Part shown: piece by piece, positions 50,726 through 64,000 of the stretch
How positions within the stretch are numbered: the first letter of the stretch is position 1
Layout: the number at the start of each line of letters is the position of its first letter
DNA from: Balanoglossus misakiensis
Lineage: Eukaryota; Animalia; Hemichordata
Assembly (NCBI GenBank): GCA_040954595.2
Contig: CM082576.2
Coordinates: 1,433,403-1,497,402 of the forward strand
Direction of reading: 5' to 3'
DNA: 64,000 nucleotides
The notes under the pieces: generated by a model
Database searches by the model: none
What the model saw: the letters and a program-made list of their open reading frames with translations, nothing else
Told to the model about the DNA's origin: nothing
Made by a program: the position numbers and the translations under genes

Positions 50726-53700
50726 CTAAGACGTTGTGGCAGTTGAGATGGCAGAATGATTGACATTGTTGAGTGGGCTGATTGATCGGATGGGGATTGA
50801 TGCTGTTTTGATTCCGGCCAGATTCAAGAGGGCATCAGCACCTTCTACAATCCTCATCTCTTCATCCAAATCATTATTTTCAACAGGACGTGGCATCCGT
50901 TTCTTGATTGGCAAACTGCTCTCCTTTTTAACCTTTGCCGGTTTTTCTTCCTCTTCAAAACCATCATCAATGATGTAACCGCTATCATAGAGGTGTCTTG
51001 AAGAGTCCCCATCATGTTCCATCTCTGAATCAGTATCTTCATCTGTGAAGTCACTGACATCGCTCTCCAAAGGGTCATCGTTTGATGAGTAGCTGCCATT
51101 TTCTGTAATCTCACCACAGGGACTGGATGTCATACTATACGTATGATCCTCATTGCAGGGAGGTGTTGATTGTTTACTCCTACCCTTCATGGCTGGCGTG
51201 GAAGTCATCCTGATAAACGACATCAACAAAACAGTCAGTAAAAAGTATAAATAGCTTCATGCATAAAAAAATGGTTCCCTGGCCAGTACTGTTTGAGATA
51301 TCATTTCCGAATAAACTCATTCTTTTTCCAATCATTTTGTAAACATTTTCTGTGTGCAGTTCACACTGATATAGCAGGGCATGCATTATTCAAAACTGGC
51401 AAACTATGAAAAGAAATTGATAATTTCACAAAGAAACCTTTAGAGGGCGCTTTCTGCCACTGCACCCACAACTCACCTTGGCTTTCTCTTGTAATCCTGG
51501 ACATTATTATTGACCAGCCATGGCCTGAGTTCTTGTTTAATTACTGGTGTGTTTGTATTTGTCATCGTCCATTTTTGGAAGTCCTTTGACAGCTGTGAGG
51601 CTGATAAACTGGTTGTCTCTTGCTTCAATCTGGCATCTGTGTCATGAAATTAAAAAAAAAGGCAAAGAGATGAGAAACGTCTGCATTGACAACTTATTTG
51701 GAACAGCAGCAGAAATTGGCTTCTTCTGTATATTACACCTGTGGTCTCAATAGTATAAGATATGCAAATGACACAGACTCCCTTCACTGCAATCTAACTG
51801 AGGTAACCCAAGGGAGTGGTATGAATCCAACATCAGGCAATCTCAACTACACTTTCATTTCAAACCATGCCTCATTTAGATCTCACTGTGAATTATATCT
51901 CCAGACCACAAAATCTTTCTTTGGTCCATTTTTTCAGTTTAAAGACGTTTTTCATTTAGTAGACTGAATTTTTCTTTATGAATTTTCTACAAATGACACT
52001 AGAAACAAAAGACAGACAAAAACAAACAAGAACAACAAAATGTTTCTCACGTTCTGCCGCTCGTTGATCAGGAGGAGTTGTTAGGGTCATCATGGTTGCT
52101 GCGGCATCAGCCTCTGTATCTATGGAAACAAACATAAAGGAGATACACATTATTTAGAGCAGACAATACGAAAATGAATACAAAGTCCAAAAAAGAATGC
52201 CTGGAGGTATTATAACAAGGAAATTAGGCTATGCAAATTTTAATCCACAGGACATGACGTCAGACGCTGGCTTGCAACATTTGGTCTGTTGAGAAATCAA
52301 CAGAAAGATTTCACACTGCCAGAGTCAGAGGGGCTTTTAAAACACAATGTCTCAAAAGCAGTTTTATTAAAAGACATTTTTTTCTTGCAATGCCACTTAA
52401 TGATCATTTTGAGACTTGCAAGTTCATCTGTATTATGATTTGAAATGAAGAGATTTCAGCTCGTGCTTTTTGTCCTATTTTCCGATTCATTTTCCGTACA
52501 AGCCAATTACCTCCCATAATTCAATGGGCTAGTTCATAACATACAACAATACAAAATGTCTCAATAGCAAATTAGCACCAACTCAACCATTGTATAAATC
52601 AAATGTAATTTCACTTCTCATTAATCTAAATTATTAATAATCTGGTATTACTATGCAAAATAATGGCAGCTGCTGAGCACTGCATAAAAAGTTTCACAGC
52701 TCAGTCTGCTACTCTACTCTACTGGCATTATTGAAGCAGAAAATAATTACATTCCTACTGTATTAAAAGCAAGGAAAGCAAAAAAAGATTAAATTCTTCA
52801 TAATCATGTGATTCATGGCAGAGAATCATAACCTGTACAGGTATCATTTTTCTGTACTATTAATGTTTCACTCAAAAATTCAATAGGCGTAATAGCTTTA
52901 GAAAAATATCCATCTTCTTGAATGATAGCACTGTCTTGTCACCTGAAAGGCAATACTGCTATTTTCTTTCCCTTTAATCCTGTTCAGGCGGCTTCTACAA
53001 TAATGACATTCTAACCCCAAATTGAGCCTAATTTTTCCATCTATTGCAGTTCCCATTTCTTCCCATCGTGTTTAATGATGGCAGCAAATTTGGCGAGAAA
53101 GTGGGTAGTAGGAATGTGATGAACACAGTACTCAGTGCCTCATCTAACCATCCCTGCAAAACTGCTCTAATACTACATTCTCATGATGATTTCTTCAGAC
53201 TTTTACTGTGGCTGGATTTCAAACACCCAAATCGGACATACCGACAGTCAGTCTCCCAAATGAACTATGTAATTCAAGCTGACAGCACATAATGTATTGA
53301 AGTCTGCATCCTCAGATATGGCATAAATAATAATCCATTTCTAAATGACTCAAACAGTAACCATGGTAACATTGTTTGGAGAGTCTTTTCTTCAAAGATA
53401 TAAGTCATGATGATGCCATGTTTTTATTACTTGTACAATCCATCATACATCTTATTTTGATAAAAATTCTGTACAATATTGTTATTCTGAAATTCATTTG
53501 TGAAAATATCTACTGATCAGATATCTAATCCATTAAACATCTTTAGCAGGTTATGACATTTATGTATCCTAGCAACACATTTTGTACATAATCCCACAAC
53601 AATTATATACAGAAATGATAAAAAAGTTGAAACAAAGATGAAAACAAAGAAATATGTTCATACTACTTTACATGAATACATGTATGTGTGCATGTGGGTT

Positions 53701-56700
53701 TGCAAGTGTAAACTGTGAATATCATGGCCAATACATCAAATTTATTAATAGCTGATGAAAAGGAAACCTTGATAAACACCAAAAAACGGGAAGTTCCTGT
53801 CTAAGGAAGATGAAACTTAAACTGCTACAATGCATGGATCTATACTGAACGAGAAAACAACATCTGATTTTTTTAAAGTTAGGGGTACGGGATGCAAATA
53901 TCGAGCTCATTAGAACTTAAACCCACTTATTTCTTTTTCAACGCTGCGATATGATCAGTAGCATGCAATTTACATGACTTGGGCTATGACTAAGACTAAC
54001 ATCCTGTCACTGCCTCTCTCATAATTCTTTCACAGAATTTCAATTCATCTTGCTGGCTGTAGCCTTCATTTGGTGCCACAAACCTGTCCATGAAGTCAAA
54101 GGTCAAACCGTCAGGTATATTGAAAAGATTATTTCATCAGCATCATTGCTCAAAATGTCCCACTTTTATTTTAACATTTTTCCTTCAACTGTTTACTTTC
54201 AATACATGTCGTCCCTTCATCACACAGAAAGAGTAATATCTAGGACAAAACTGCCATTTTTTATCTTTTTACTATTAGTGCAGTAAAGCCAGAATGGTTT
54301 GATCATTATCAATTTGCTGTTGCATGTTCCAGCAGGCAGAGGACTTTTAGACTTTATACATGCATTTACATTAGTTACTATGGTAACCAGACTAATGGCC
54401 AAGTAGATTTTGGGTGTGATGGCTGACATGTAACAGATCCAACTGTTTCTTATTTTGTATTTTTTTCCACTAGACTATTATCCTACGTAACTCATTTTAG
54501 TAAAGTCAATCTCACACAGATCTTACACGAAATACACCCATAATGACAATTTGACATAAAATTGCCACTCTGCAGTGGAATGTGAAGGGGCTGTTTTTTA
54601 CGACAACTTGAAATACAATTTTGCAAATTGCATCGAAATCATTATCAAGTCATGTGCCAGCTGAGACGTAGGCGCGCCTTGGGTAATTAAAGGAATTTTC
54701 GATCAGAATTTACAGTCTAATAGAGAAGTTAGTAGTAAATGAAATGACTACACTGATAATATTGATTGGTTGTAAAAAAAAAGCATATCAACCCTTGTAT
54801 GATTGGTACAGCAGCAGACGTAAGTAATTAACACAAGTTTTTTGCTGTTTACTCAGCTTGTCTGTTTTCAATGAAGCCCGCAGGAACGTAAATACATCAA
54901 AGATGGAAACTTGATTTATTCTGGATTTTTTCTTCTCTTTTCATAAATGAAGTTCTCTTGACACTGTGATTTAATTTTTTTTACATCATATGGTGTTCTT
55001 AGTTTAACGGCCAAGATTGAATATTTCAGATAGTGTCACAAAGATTTGTTAACTGAACTTTTCAAGCATCGCCCATATATCTGGACATCACCACTTCTAC
55101 ATGCAATTAGTATTGGGGAAATTTACCTCTTCCATTTGAAGTGGGAAAAAGCATGCAAGTAATTGCTGTTTGCAGCTCATCTGAAGCATGACCGAACATT
55201 ATACTCAATTTTTGCATCTTCACTTGGTGTTTCATGATCGCTCACTCCAAAGCTTTAACTGTGTGGAATTTCATGGCTTTCACAAGTTTCACATTGGTCA
55301 TAATGAGTTCACTAGACAGAAAAAAATTTGTAGGTAGTTTCACGCTAAAAGTATTACTGCTGCACTGGGAACATTAAATAAAAATCATCATAATATCATT
55401 TGACGTCCAAACATGCCAGGACAAGTGAAATTTTGACTGATGATGGAACACATTTGCCATATTACTTGCCAACAGCTAATTATCTCTCCTAATTAAGCTG
55501 TGGGCAAAACATTCTGCCAGGAACTTTCATGTCGGAGCATGTTTAATTTATGAAAGTGGTTCTGACAGATGAAATACATTTTCTAGCAACAAATATTGTT
55601 CCAGGCATACACAGCAAAATTATACCACAAAAAATCTAGACTTATCACATCTAATAGTCAACTTTAAAAATGGCATGATGGATCACAGTACCATTGAGGA
55701 CGGGGGAAAAACACAGAAACAACAAATGCTGCCTTTTTATAACTTCACAAACTATTATTCCTGAACAGTGCAGTGTGAATATTGTTTGGTGCTGTGGGAC
55801 ATTTGCTATCAGCGACGAGAAAAGAAATCAAGCCTGATAATGTGGGTACACCTCTCTATGAATTTCAACACAGTTCAGTCTACTAGTACCAGCCAAGCCT
55901 CCAACAATCCTTTTTTTTATGTGAACATTACAGAACAAGGACCCAAATAGCTCCAGGATCATGATGAACAGATGTAAATTGATCAGTCACAGACACAAAC
56001 ACAAAACTCATCTTCTAGCTGAAGCCGCATTGCTATTTTCACAAAACGAGTGAGAGACACAACTCTTCTGCAACATTCTGCTTGATGTGATCTATTTCTT
56101 TTCTATAATCTGTTCTACTTTCTTTTATTCCTAAATAATATTCTTACAACTAACAATGACATATGACCATCTGGTGCAATGGTGACGTTCTCAGACACAT
56201 TACCTTACACCATTTTCACAAGTCATGCCCTTAAGTCATTCTCCCTCACAGGCAATCCTTAATTGCAATAAAACCTTTCATGTCTTACATTTATTTGGAT
56301 TAATTCTAGTTAATTTTATATTGCCACTCATTTATTATTTTTTATCTTGTATGTGGTGACTACACATGATGGACAGTGTGCTATCGCCATGGCAACTTGG
56401 CCCAGTTGTTTCATTTTGTGAATTTGTCTTCATCAACTGATAAAATTGGTACTCAATAGGGTTAGTACATGTGTACTTGTTTTGTTAGAATTTAATTTTC
56501 AATTTTGTAGAGTCTGTATCTCTTCACTTACCATCTATTGATCTATTTGAATGCAGTACCTTCTGGTTACTTTGTTGAAGAATATGTTGAACTATTGGCA
56601 GGCGGCCTACAACGATAGAACGAGGCAGATAGTTAGAAACTAACAAAAAAAATTTTTTTTATTTGCTTCGAGAAGGAAACAGGAGATTTTACGGAAATAC

Positions 56701-59700
56701 AAACTAATATCACAACATTCTGGTGGCAAAGGATATAATTTGGTCGTTTTCTGGGAAAAGAATGAGTTTCACAAAAATTACAGAATGCAGAAGTGAAACA
56801 ACATACAGTGTACTTTCAAATCCAGTCAGAAGTGTTTTATATCTTGCTAGAAGTGTTCATTTACGCCAAATATCAAACAACCTTTTGAAGGAGGAAGATT
56901 GACAGCAGTTTTACTTAATAAAATTAATATTTGGTTGATTATTCCATGTTTTCATTTATATATTTTTTTTATTTAATTACAATCATTTAATTTCCAGTAA
57001 TCAGTGCACCAAGGCAAGCTATTATGATGTTTTGCCTTTTGCATAAAATGCAATTACCGATAGTCATTGAAGTGTGTCACTGACAGAACATGTTATGGCA
57101 TGCTATGTTTTTCCTCCAGTTGATATAACTATGAAGTCACACCAGTGTTGATGTTTATTACAGCTCAGTAGCATATAAGCTAATCACACTTATTGTTGAG
57201 TCCCGCAGCCAGCCAAGCAAGCAAGAAAGGCAAACAGCAGCCACCACAGACACTCAGTCCTGCAGTGTACAGTGGCAATTGCCAATGTTTGTGATCTCCA
57301 ATGTTATAACTGTTAACATCATAAGTAGAAGTGAAAGTTAAATATCTTGGACAGCTCTTTTCATTCCCTTATAAACTGACACTCTGCTTGAAGTTTGAAA
57401 GCTGTTACGAACAATACTAAAATGTAAATGCACCGCCACTTTGGCCAGTCAATGTAGCAGGGGGTGTAGGTTTTAAATGAAACAGCCCTATATCAGCCAG
57501 TGAAGAGAACAATGAGATCACAGCACCAGCTGAAAGCAGTTCACAAAGTTGGTAAACAATGTCATGAGACTTGGGGCACAAAGCTAGCCATGAGTAATCA
57601 TTCACTGTATTTCTATAATAAAGTCCAAGGATCAGGGAAATGTGTGTTTTTTTAAACATTTTTTCCATGTTATTTTGGGAGGGGGTTTGTCAGACATTGT
57701 TAACTATAAACTGATTTACTGTTATGTTATAGTCACTCCCTACAGTTGAATAGACTCACAAACAAAATAACGGAAAGCAATCAGTGAACGCAAGTGACAT
57801 GGTATAAGAACAACCTCCGGAAATCTGCATTGGACAGATTACATGGCTTTGTCATGTAGCCATTATGTAAAGTGACGTTCATTCACAAATAGCCGAGAGG
57901 AAATCACTCCCTTCAAACAAAGGAGTATTTTTGACAACAATGTTTTTAATTGAGAGAAACTATGCAATAATCCCAGTTTTACAAGGAGTGTTTTTTGTGT
58001 CTGTTACTTGTTAATCTCTGTTCTCAGGAATCTCTCACTGGTGTCACATCACACAACCCGACCTGGCTTTACAATTCAGAAAACAAAGTCAAATCTACAG
58101 TAAGTTGTTCACAAAAAGACTCTTATTTCAATCCTTGCCTTTGCCCTTGAAGTATTCTTTCTTCATGTTTAAATTTTCCTGTTTGGCTCATTCACTCACC
58201 AATATTTGAACAATTATTGCCTTGAGCTATCTTCTTCAACTGCTGTCAACTGAACTGACTCTACGCTATCAGAAAATACTTCTTTGTGGACTAGCTATCT
58301 TTTTATGAGCATAAACAATATCCAGGTGTATACATATAATACCTGGCAGTTCATTAAAATTTTACAGTAATAAATAATTTTAGGATGGCACGATTCTGTC
58401 AGAGTTTCTCACTTCGGATGATAAATCAAAGAGCAGTCAATGATCTCTCTGACACGTCAGAATTTATTGCCAGAGATTTCCTCCTGCAAGGAACTGCGGG
58501 GCAAATTTGAAAACATTATGTACATCTGGTGTGAAATAGTTGTGCTTTATGAGGCAAAACAAAGCCCCTTAATCTTCTCATTCCTGCCTTTGAAATTATT
58601 TTTTTTACAACCAGTGTATCTATTATTCAAATGAAATATCAAATACCGGTAAATGACTTTCTTCAGGTACGACAGAGCTTTCAGAAGCAAGTGGTCATGT
58701 TAGCCACTTTTTTTCTCAACATTTCTTAAACTTGATGCGATTTGCAGATCAAATTTGTCCAATTAATAGTTTCAAAAGCTATGAATTTAATAACTTCTTC
58801 CTTGAGTCGAGTCTCTCTTTTATTGATACGACACATGTCTTCTGTTAATTGATACCATGAATGTACGCCCACATTACCAATACCATGGAAACATGACGCT
58901 ATATCCAGATAGGGTCAACTGTATCTAGAACTTCGTTATCTTGTCAGCACCGACTTGGTGACTTCTTCCTTTTCTTTTCCGCTAACACCTAATTACCGAA
59001 AACCAATATGGCTGAATTTTTTTCTCTCACAAATCATGACCAGTCTAGTGTTACACATCTGTACATGGATCTATTACTTCAAAACGTGAGCAATGAGGAA
59101 ACAAACTACAAGGTTGCCATGGTGATGGGGAACTGCAGCCATCCTGTCCATGCTGTTGATGTAACCTTACAGAAAGTGCTCCATTTAAATACTTAGCAGT
59201 ACGATCCAGGAGTCACGATTTTCTCAAACTGATGATGAACAAAATCTGAGCTTCTTTAGTTGCACACAATGCTGCTAACTTTGATCACTGTGTGATGAGG
59301 TGTGTGACGGCTCTTTGTAAAACTTGATGTGGCAGATTATTCATACGACAAAATCTGACATCACCAGTGGGGGGCTAGGTATCCTACTATTTACACCACC
59401 CTTATTTGGCTCTGGAAAAGTGGGATAGCAATGGACCAGCAAATATCAGAAAGAAATTTCTGAAAAATTATCAGCTAGAACTAAGTAGATACCATGAAAG
59501 TTTTTGGTCTTTAATGATAATAGTTGGCAAATAAACACTTTCAAGAAATATAATTCAAATACTCTGATAGAACAGAGTATTCAAAAAAGAAACTGAATCC
59601 ATTTCCACTTTCAGGTAGTGAAGTTGTCACAGAGTTTTTAACAATGTTTATGTTTCTTTGTAACTGACTGTTCTTGGCATTTTCCCCTCAGGCAAGATAT

Positions 59701-62700
59701 ACAAACTGAATACTGTGTGGTTGAGGTATCCAATGCCTTGCAGTGATAAGTGACCCAGTTTAAATGCTTGATTGAGCCAACCACTGTAAACAGTTAAACA
59801 GCCTTGGCTAGTCCTCAAGAATTACACAACACTTTGTGTAAGCCTTCTGCGATCGCAAGAAATCCAACAAAACAGGAAGTGACTTCACATTGAACACTAC
59901 GCCCAGATTAGAGTGCAGTTCAGGACCAACTTTTCAACAACCTTTCCGAGTCAAGTTCTCAAAACAGATTTCACTACCAGATAAACTACATTGCCTTGGT
60001 TATGTCTATATGTCTATCTTGTTCCTTTTTGTTTGTCCACAAGTTGTATTCATTTAATGAACCAGGTAGTTTGCCCCTTAAAAAGGCAAAACGGTCACTG
60101 CAGATCAACACAAAATCAAAAGTAGCTCCCATTGAAATGAGGGTGGGAATATAAAAACTTTAAAGACAGGAAGGGACTCTGAATGAATGAGTTGCAAGAG
60201 AATGACATGGATACTGCTCCACAGATATCTGACCTTTGACATACTGAGGGGAAAAGACCCGCAAATGCAACCATGCATGAGTGCCTCAGCAATGAGTTAG
60301 ACTAGACTGGTGTATAAATCGAGACCATGCATTCATTCCATTATTCCCACCATTACTTACACTTTGCTTGTCGCCCATATTTTCCACACATTTCACAACA
60401 CAATATTGTCCATATTTTCAGTATTGAAATCCTCTCTACCAAGAGCATCAGTTCTGGTCTAACCTTCACACACAGACAGAATCACAATCCTCCAACTTGT
60501 TTAGAGTCAAAGACAATGGCCTGATACACTCTCATTCACTCAGTGTCACCTTGAAATTTACCCTTTAATCCTTCAGAAATATTTCAGGGCAATATAATCT
60601 TTGGTGACTGGCAATGAAATTACCATACAATTATAACTGACCTTTGTTCAAAGACATTCAGGAACAGATAAAAATGTTTTAGTGCTTCCGGTATTTTTCT
60701 AGAAAAGTAGCATAACTATTTATGTTGGTTTCCATGGCAACCAATCTGACTCAGCTCAGGCTATTTCATAGTTCTTGTACAAGTGCATGGGTTAAGTGAT
60801 AACAGAAATTGCTTTAACATAAAGTTGCAACTTTTTGCTGATTAAACTTTTCTGGAGTGTGGTTCTTATCTCTGTTTTCCAGTTCAAAAATCAATTTATT
60901 GACTTTACGCTCTCTCACTGAAGTGATCCAGGTGAAGGCATGTTTACAAGTACTTCAGCAGATACTGCATGGGTGAAGGGCAAGAAATTCAATTTTAGTG
61001 ACATACAAAACAATGTGGAAAAAAGTGAGGAAGAGAAGAAGAAAGATTCAAATTGGCTCACTTGTGAATAAATGTGAATGAAAATACGTCAGAGCTATCT
61101 AGTTGAGTAGTGCAGGAAGCAATTCAAAGCTTTTCTGAATTAATTTGTAATTTCTCTCCTTTGCTGCGCTTGTTCCGATGGATATATTGTGTACATAAGC
61201 TACAAGCACTGCTTTAATACAACTAATTGCAGTAAATTCAATTTTGTGGCAGTTTATTAACAGTGAATCCCTGCATCCGATTTCCCTTGCCTGATGAGAG
61301 CTTTCAAATTAGAAGGATGAGAATCTGGGTCGATTTGCTGTCTGAATGATCACGACAACCGCTCTTGTTCACAGAGAGTAAAAAAAAACATGGAATTTAA
61401 TATGGTTGCTAACAAGCTGGCTAAACTCCTCAATAATAATATACATTGCCAATTTCACTTCCCCCCCAGTAGAGAAAGGGATAAATGAAATTTCACGTTG
61501 TTTGTTGGATTCATTTGCAAAAAGGCAGACTTGAGTAAAAATGTCTAGAAGCCTTATTGGTTGTCTGAACACCTGACTTGATAAAGGTCTGAATTACTTG
61601 AAATCATCTTACACTGGTTCAGCGAGTTTGGTCAATTGATCGCCACAATAACATGACGCTAAACTGGTACGCTATTACATTCATCCCACCACTTTGTCTG
61701 ATTGGAATCATTCACCAATCTTAACAACCGACAAGATGGGATCCCTCACAGTTCACACAAAATCAAATAGAATATCTGATGACTTGTTTTCTCTTCCTTT
61801 TCATCCTTTTTTCCTTGTATATACTCTTGGAAATGCAATAGCATGGAGGACGGTGTCTGGAATTTCAACGAGGGCTGTCGTCAGAAATGAAATCAAATAG
61901 TGACACAATCTGATTACACAGGCTACAGGATCTGACACTAACAGAAGCATACTTCATTAGTATTCTGTAGCTGCGGATAAACACATCAAACCATGCGCAT
62001 CAATAAGTGAGTGCCCCTAGTTTTACAAGGTCAGGCAGAAATAGTTTCCTCCATCTCTCCTCCCCAGTGTCACAGAAAAGACACAGATGTGTGCACTTCC
62101 AACTCTCTTTGACTTGACTTTATTATAATACTGATGCATACTGAGTTGAAGTCCAACACTGACAAGTTGATAGAATTTAACCAGCCAATTGACAGAGTGT
62201 GGTACTGCAACCCACAGGTAACCTTTGACCCTTGAAGGCAAATCGTGAATAGCGAGAAGAACCCAGGGGTCAAAACTTCATTTGAATCTGCTCAGCTCCT
62301 ATATCATTAGAATTTCAAATTATTCTCAACTACTGTGTTTTATTTCCCTTCCTCTGGGAGACCTACAGCTACAATGTATGTGCCTGTGATTAGTTGCTAT
62401 GGTAACCACGTCTACTAACTAGCTCTTCCCACATCGAAATACCCACAAAAATTTGCTTAGCTTCAGTATCTCCATTTGCATTTTCCCCTTGCTGGTTTTA
62501 TTTTTGCAATTCTAAAATTCTTCCCTAGTTTCTCTCGTACAATACAAGCAATATTGAAGAGCACCATTCTGAGGTAAACAAGATTTGCCTTCACCTGCAT
62601 AAATCAATCAAATCAGATCTGAACTGTCATCTGCAGATGCATCATGTATATTTCTTCCTTTCAAATTCTCTTGTTCAATACTTTCGCTTGGGAGAAAAAC

Positions 62701-62910
62701 CATGTCAGGAGCAGAAGATGCGACAGAAAAGGTGCATGTTCAATTTGACAGCACAAAGGCCGACTAGAAGTCTTTCAATCCCTCTCCCTAGGCTAAATAC
62801 AAGCGAAGGTCAGAGGTCATTAGGGTCACAGAAATGGAGATAAGTTTCACTCACCCGCAGTATATCCTGGCGAATGGCTGAATGAAACTGTTGATCCGTT
62901 ATTAGAAGTA
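50726..62910 (-). CDS. FOXN3: Forkhead box N2/3 transcription factor, 3' exons only (forkhead domain lies beyond the right edge)
   Basis: Exons 62855-62910 (TSNNGSTVSFSHSPGYTA), 52051-52119 (DTEADAAATMMTLTTPP; cf. FOXN3 DAASAMMLLNTPP), 51477-51636 and 50726-51209 (EDHTYS, acidic tract, DSGY, EGADALLNLAGI; cf. FOXN2/3 EDHNYS, DSGY, EAAGSLLHLAGI). GT-AG sites and phases are consistent. Confidence 0.85.
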
Positions 62911-64000
62911 CTGGAAAAAAAAACAGAAATTTGCGGTTACAATTAAAGACAGAAGCAAACATAAGACATAGCCAAGTTTCAAAATGGTGTTCACAAGAGC
63001 TGGAAGAAAATCTGTGGATATAGTGAACAGAGAATAAGACATATGGTCCCTAACATTTGCTTTGTGGTCACACAAAGAAAGTACAACTTCTGTCCTTGGC
63101 AGAGGTGAGGGGTGAAAAGCATTAAAAGACAAAATTGGTATTCTTGTATATACTTGACCTAACCATTCAATTGGGGGTCTGTTCACATTTGTGAGGGAAA
63201 AGGTACTCGCAAGAATAGACAAATGAAATTTACACAACACATGAATTTTTAAAACAACAACAACAACAACAAACATTTCTTGATTTGTTTATATTTGACT
63301 CACATTGACATGGAATGAACACAGCGTGCAAAACAAATATACACAAAATGTTCATAATTTGTTATGCAAACATGAAGAAATATGAAAACACCACAAGTGC
63401 TTGAAAAAAGCACAGCCAAAACGAAAGTCTCATGTGTTTTTTTGTCGGCAGCAGACATGGTCGTCAAGAGAATAGTGAATAATCATAGAACACAGATGGT
63501 GCGATGTTTTCTATTGACTGCTAATCCATGCACAAAGTATACTTTACTATACAGCCAGTACTGTTAATTTGATTGGGGATGAATATCAATTGATCTGGAT
63601 TGAGAACAATAAAATGTCACCCTATGGCCTATTTCTCCTTCTCCGAATACGTGTTTAAAATCGACATTGATTGAGTGATCACAGCATATCAAAATTTTGT
63701 TTCCTACAACTTTTTTCCATGTTTTTTTTTATATTATTGAATGTAACATGATTTGCTGTGAATGTGAATCTGTAACACATTTGTATGAGGAAGAAGCCAT
63801 CACCAATTCTGGAGTGCTGTGTGTTTGACATGTTCTCTCACACATGTCATCACAAACTTCCTTCACACGTTTCAAATTGATCGTGCCTGGATTTATTCAG
63901 GTTTCAAACAGCAACATCAAAACAGGTTAATCATTCAGGAAAAATCAATTAGCATTTGGCATAAAAAGATTGAATGTGGCGACCTCATAAGCCACTGACA

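Noticed and set aside
5070-52119. U12-type (AT-AC or GTATCCTT) introns
   Set aside because: All splice sites I read are ordinary GT-AG without the U12 5' consensus.
52943-52995. Minus-strand AG...GT-bounded open segment in the FOXN2/3 intron
   Set aside because: Gives an immediate stop in the phase required by the flanking exons.
1-64000. Prokaryotic or phage systems, CRISPR arrays, rRNA, tRNA
   Set aside because: The sequence is spliceosomal-intron eukaryotic DNA. I saw no regularly spaced repeat-spacer arrays, cloverleafs or rRNA signatures.

Overview
AT-rich, gene-dense animal genomic DNA with GT-AG spliceosomal introns. Gene content and repeats suggest an invertebrate deuterostome such as a hemichordate or echinoderm (inference). 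I read eight protein-coding genes: a steroid-sulfatase-like arylsulfatase (-, runs off the left edge), an intronless TRIM E3 ligase (+), MAN2C1 (-, 25 exons), an AMPK beta subunit PRKAB (+), PRDX5 (-), PPP1R21 (-, 18 exons), TMEM223 (+), and the 3' part of a FOXN2/3 gene (-, runs off the right edge). Six of these form three head-to-head pairs. The main finding is that the AMPK-beta gene carries three tandem, intact, diverged copies of its last coding exon, which encodes the alpha/gamma-binding C-terminus; this suggests alternative-last-exon diversification of AMPK complexes. Other points: a TRIM combining a filamin domain with a C-terminal membrane anchor, a TTAA-type MITE ending on the MAN2C1 stop codon, FOXN2/3-PPP1R21 linkage shared with human plus one very long PPP1R21 intron, candidate microexons, and clustered RFX-like and CTCF-like motifs. 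Exon coordinates were read by eye and need RNA-seq confirmation. I saw no prokaryotic systems, CRISPR arrays, tRNA or rRNA.
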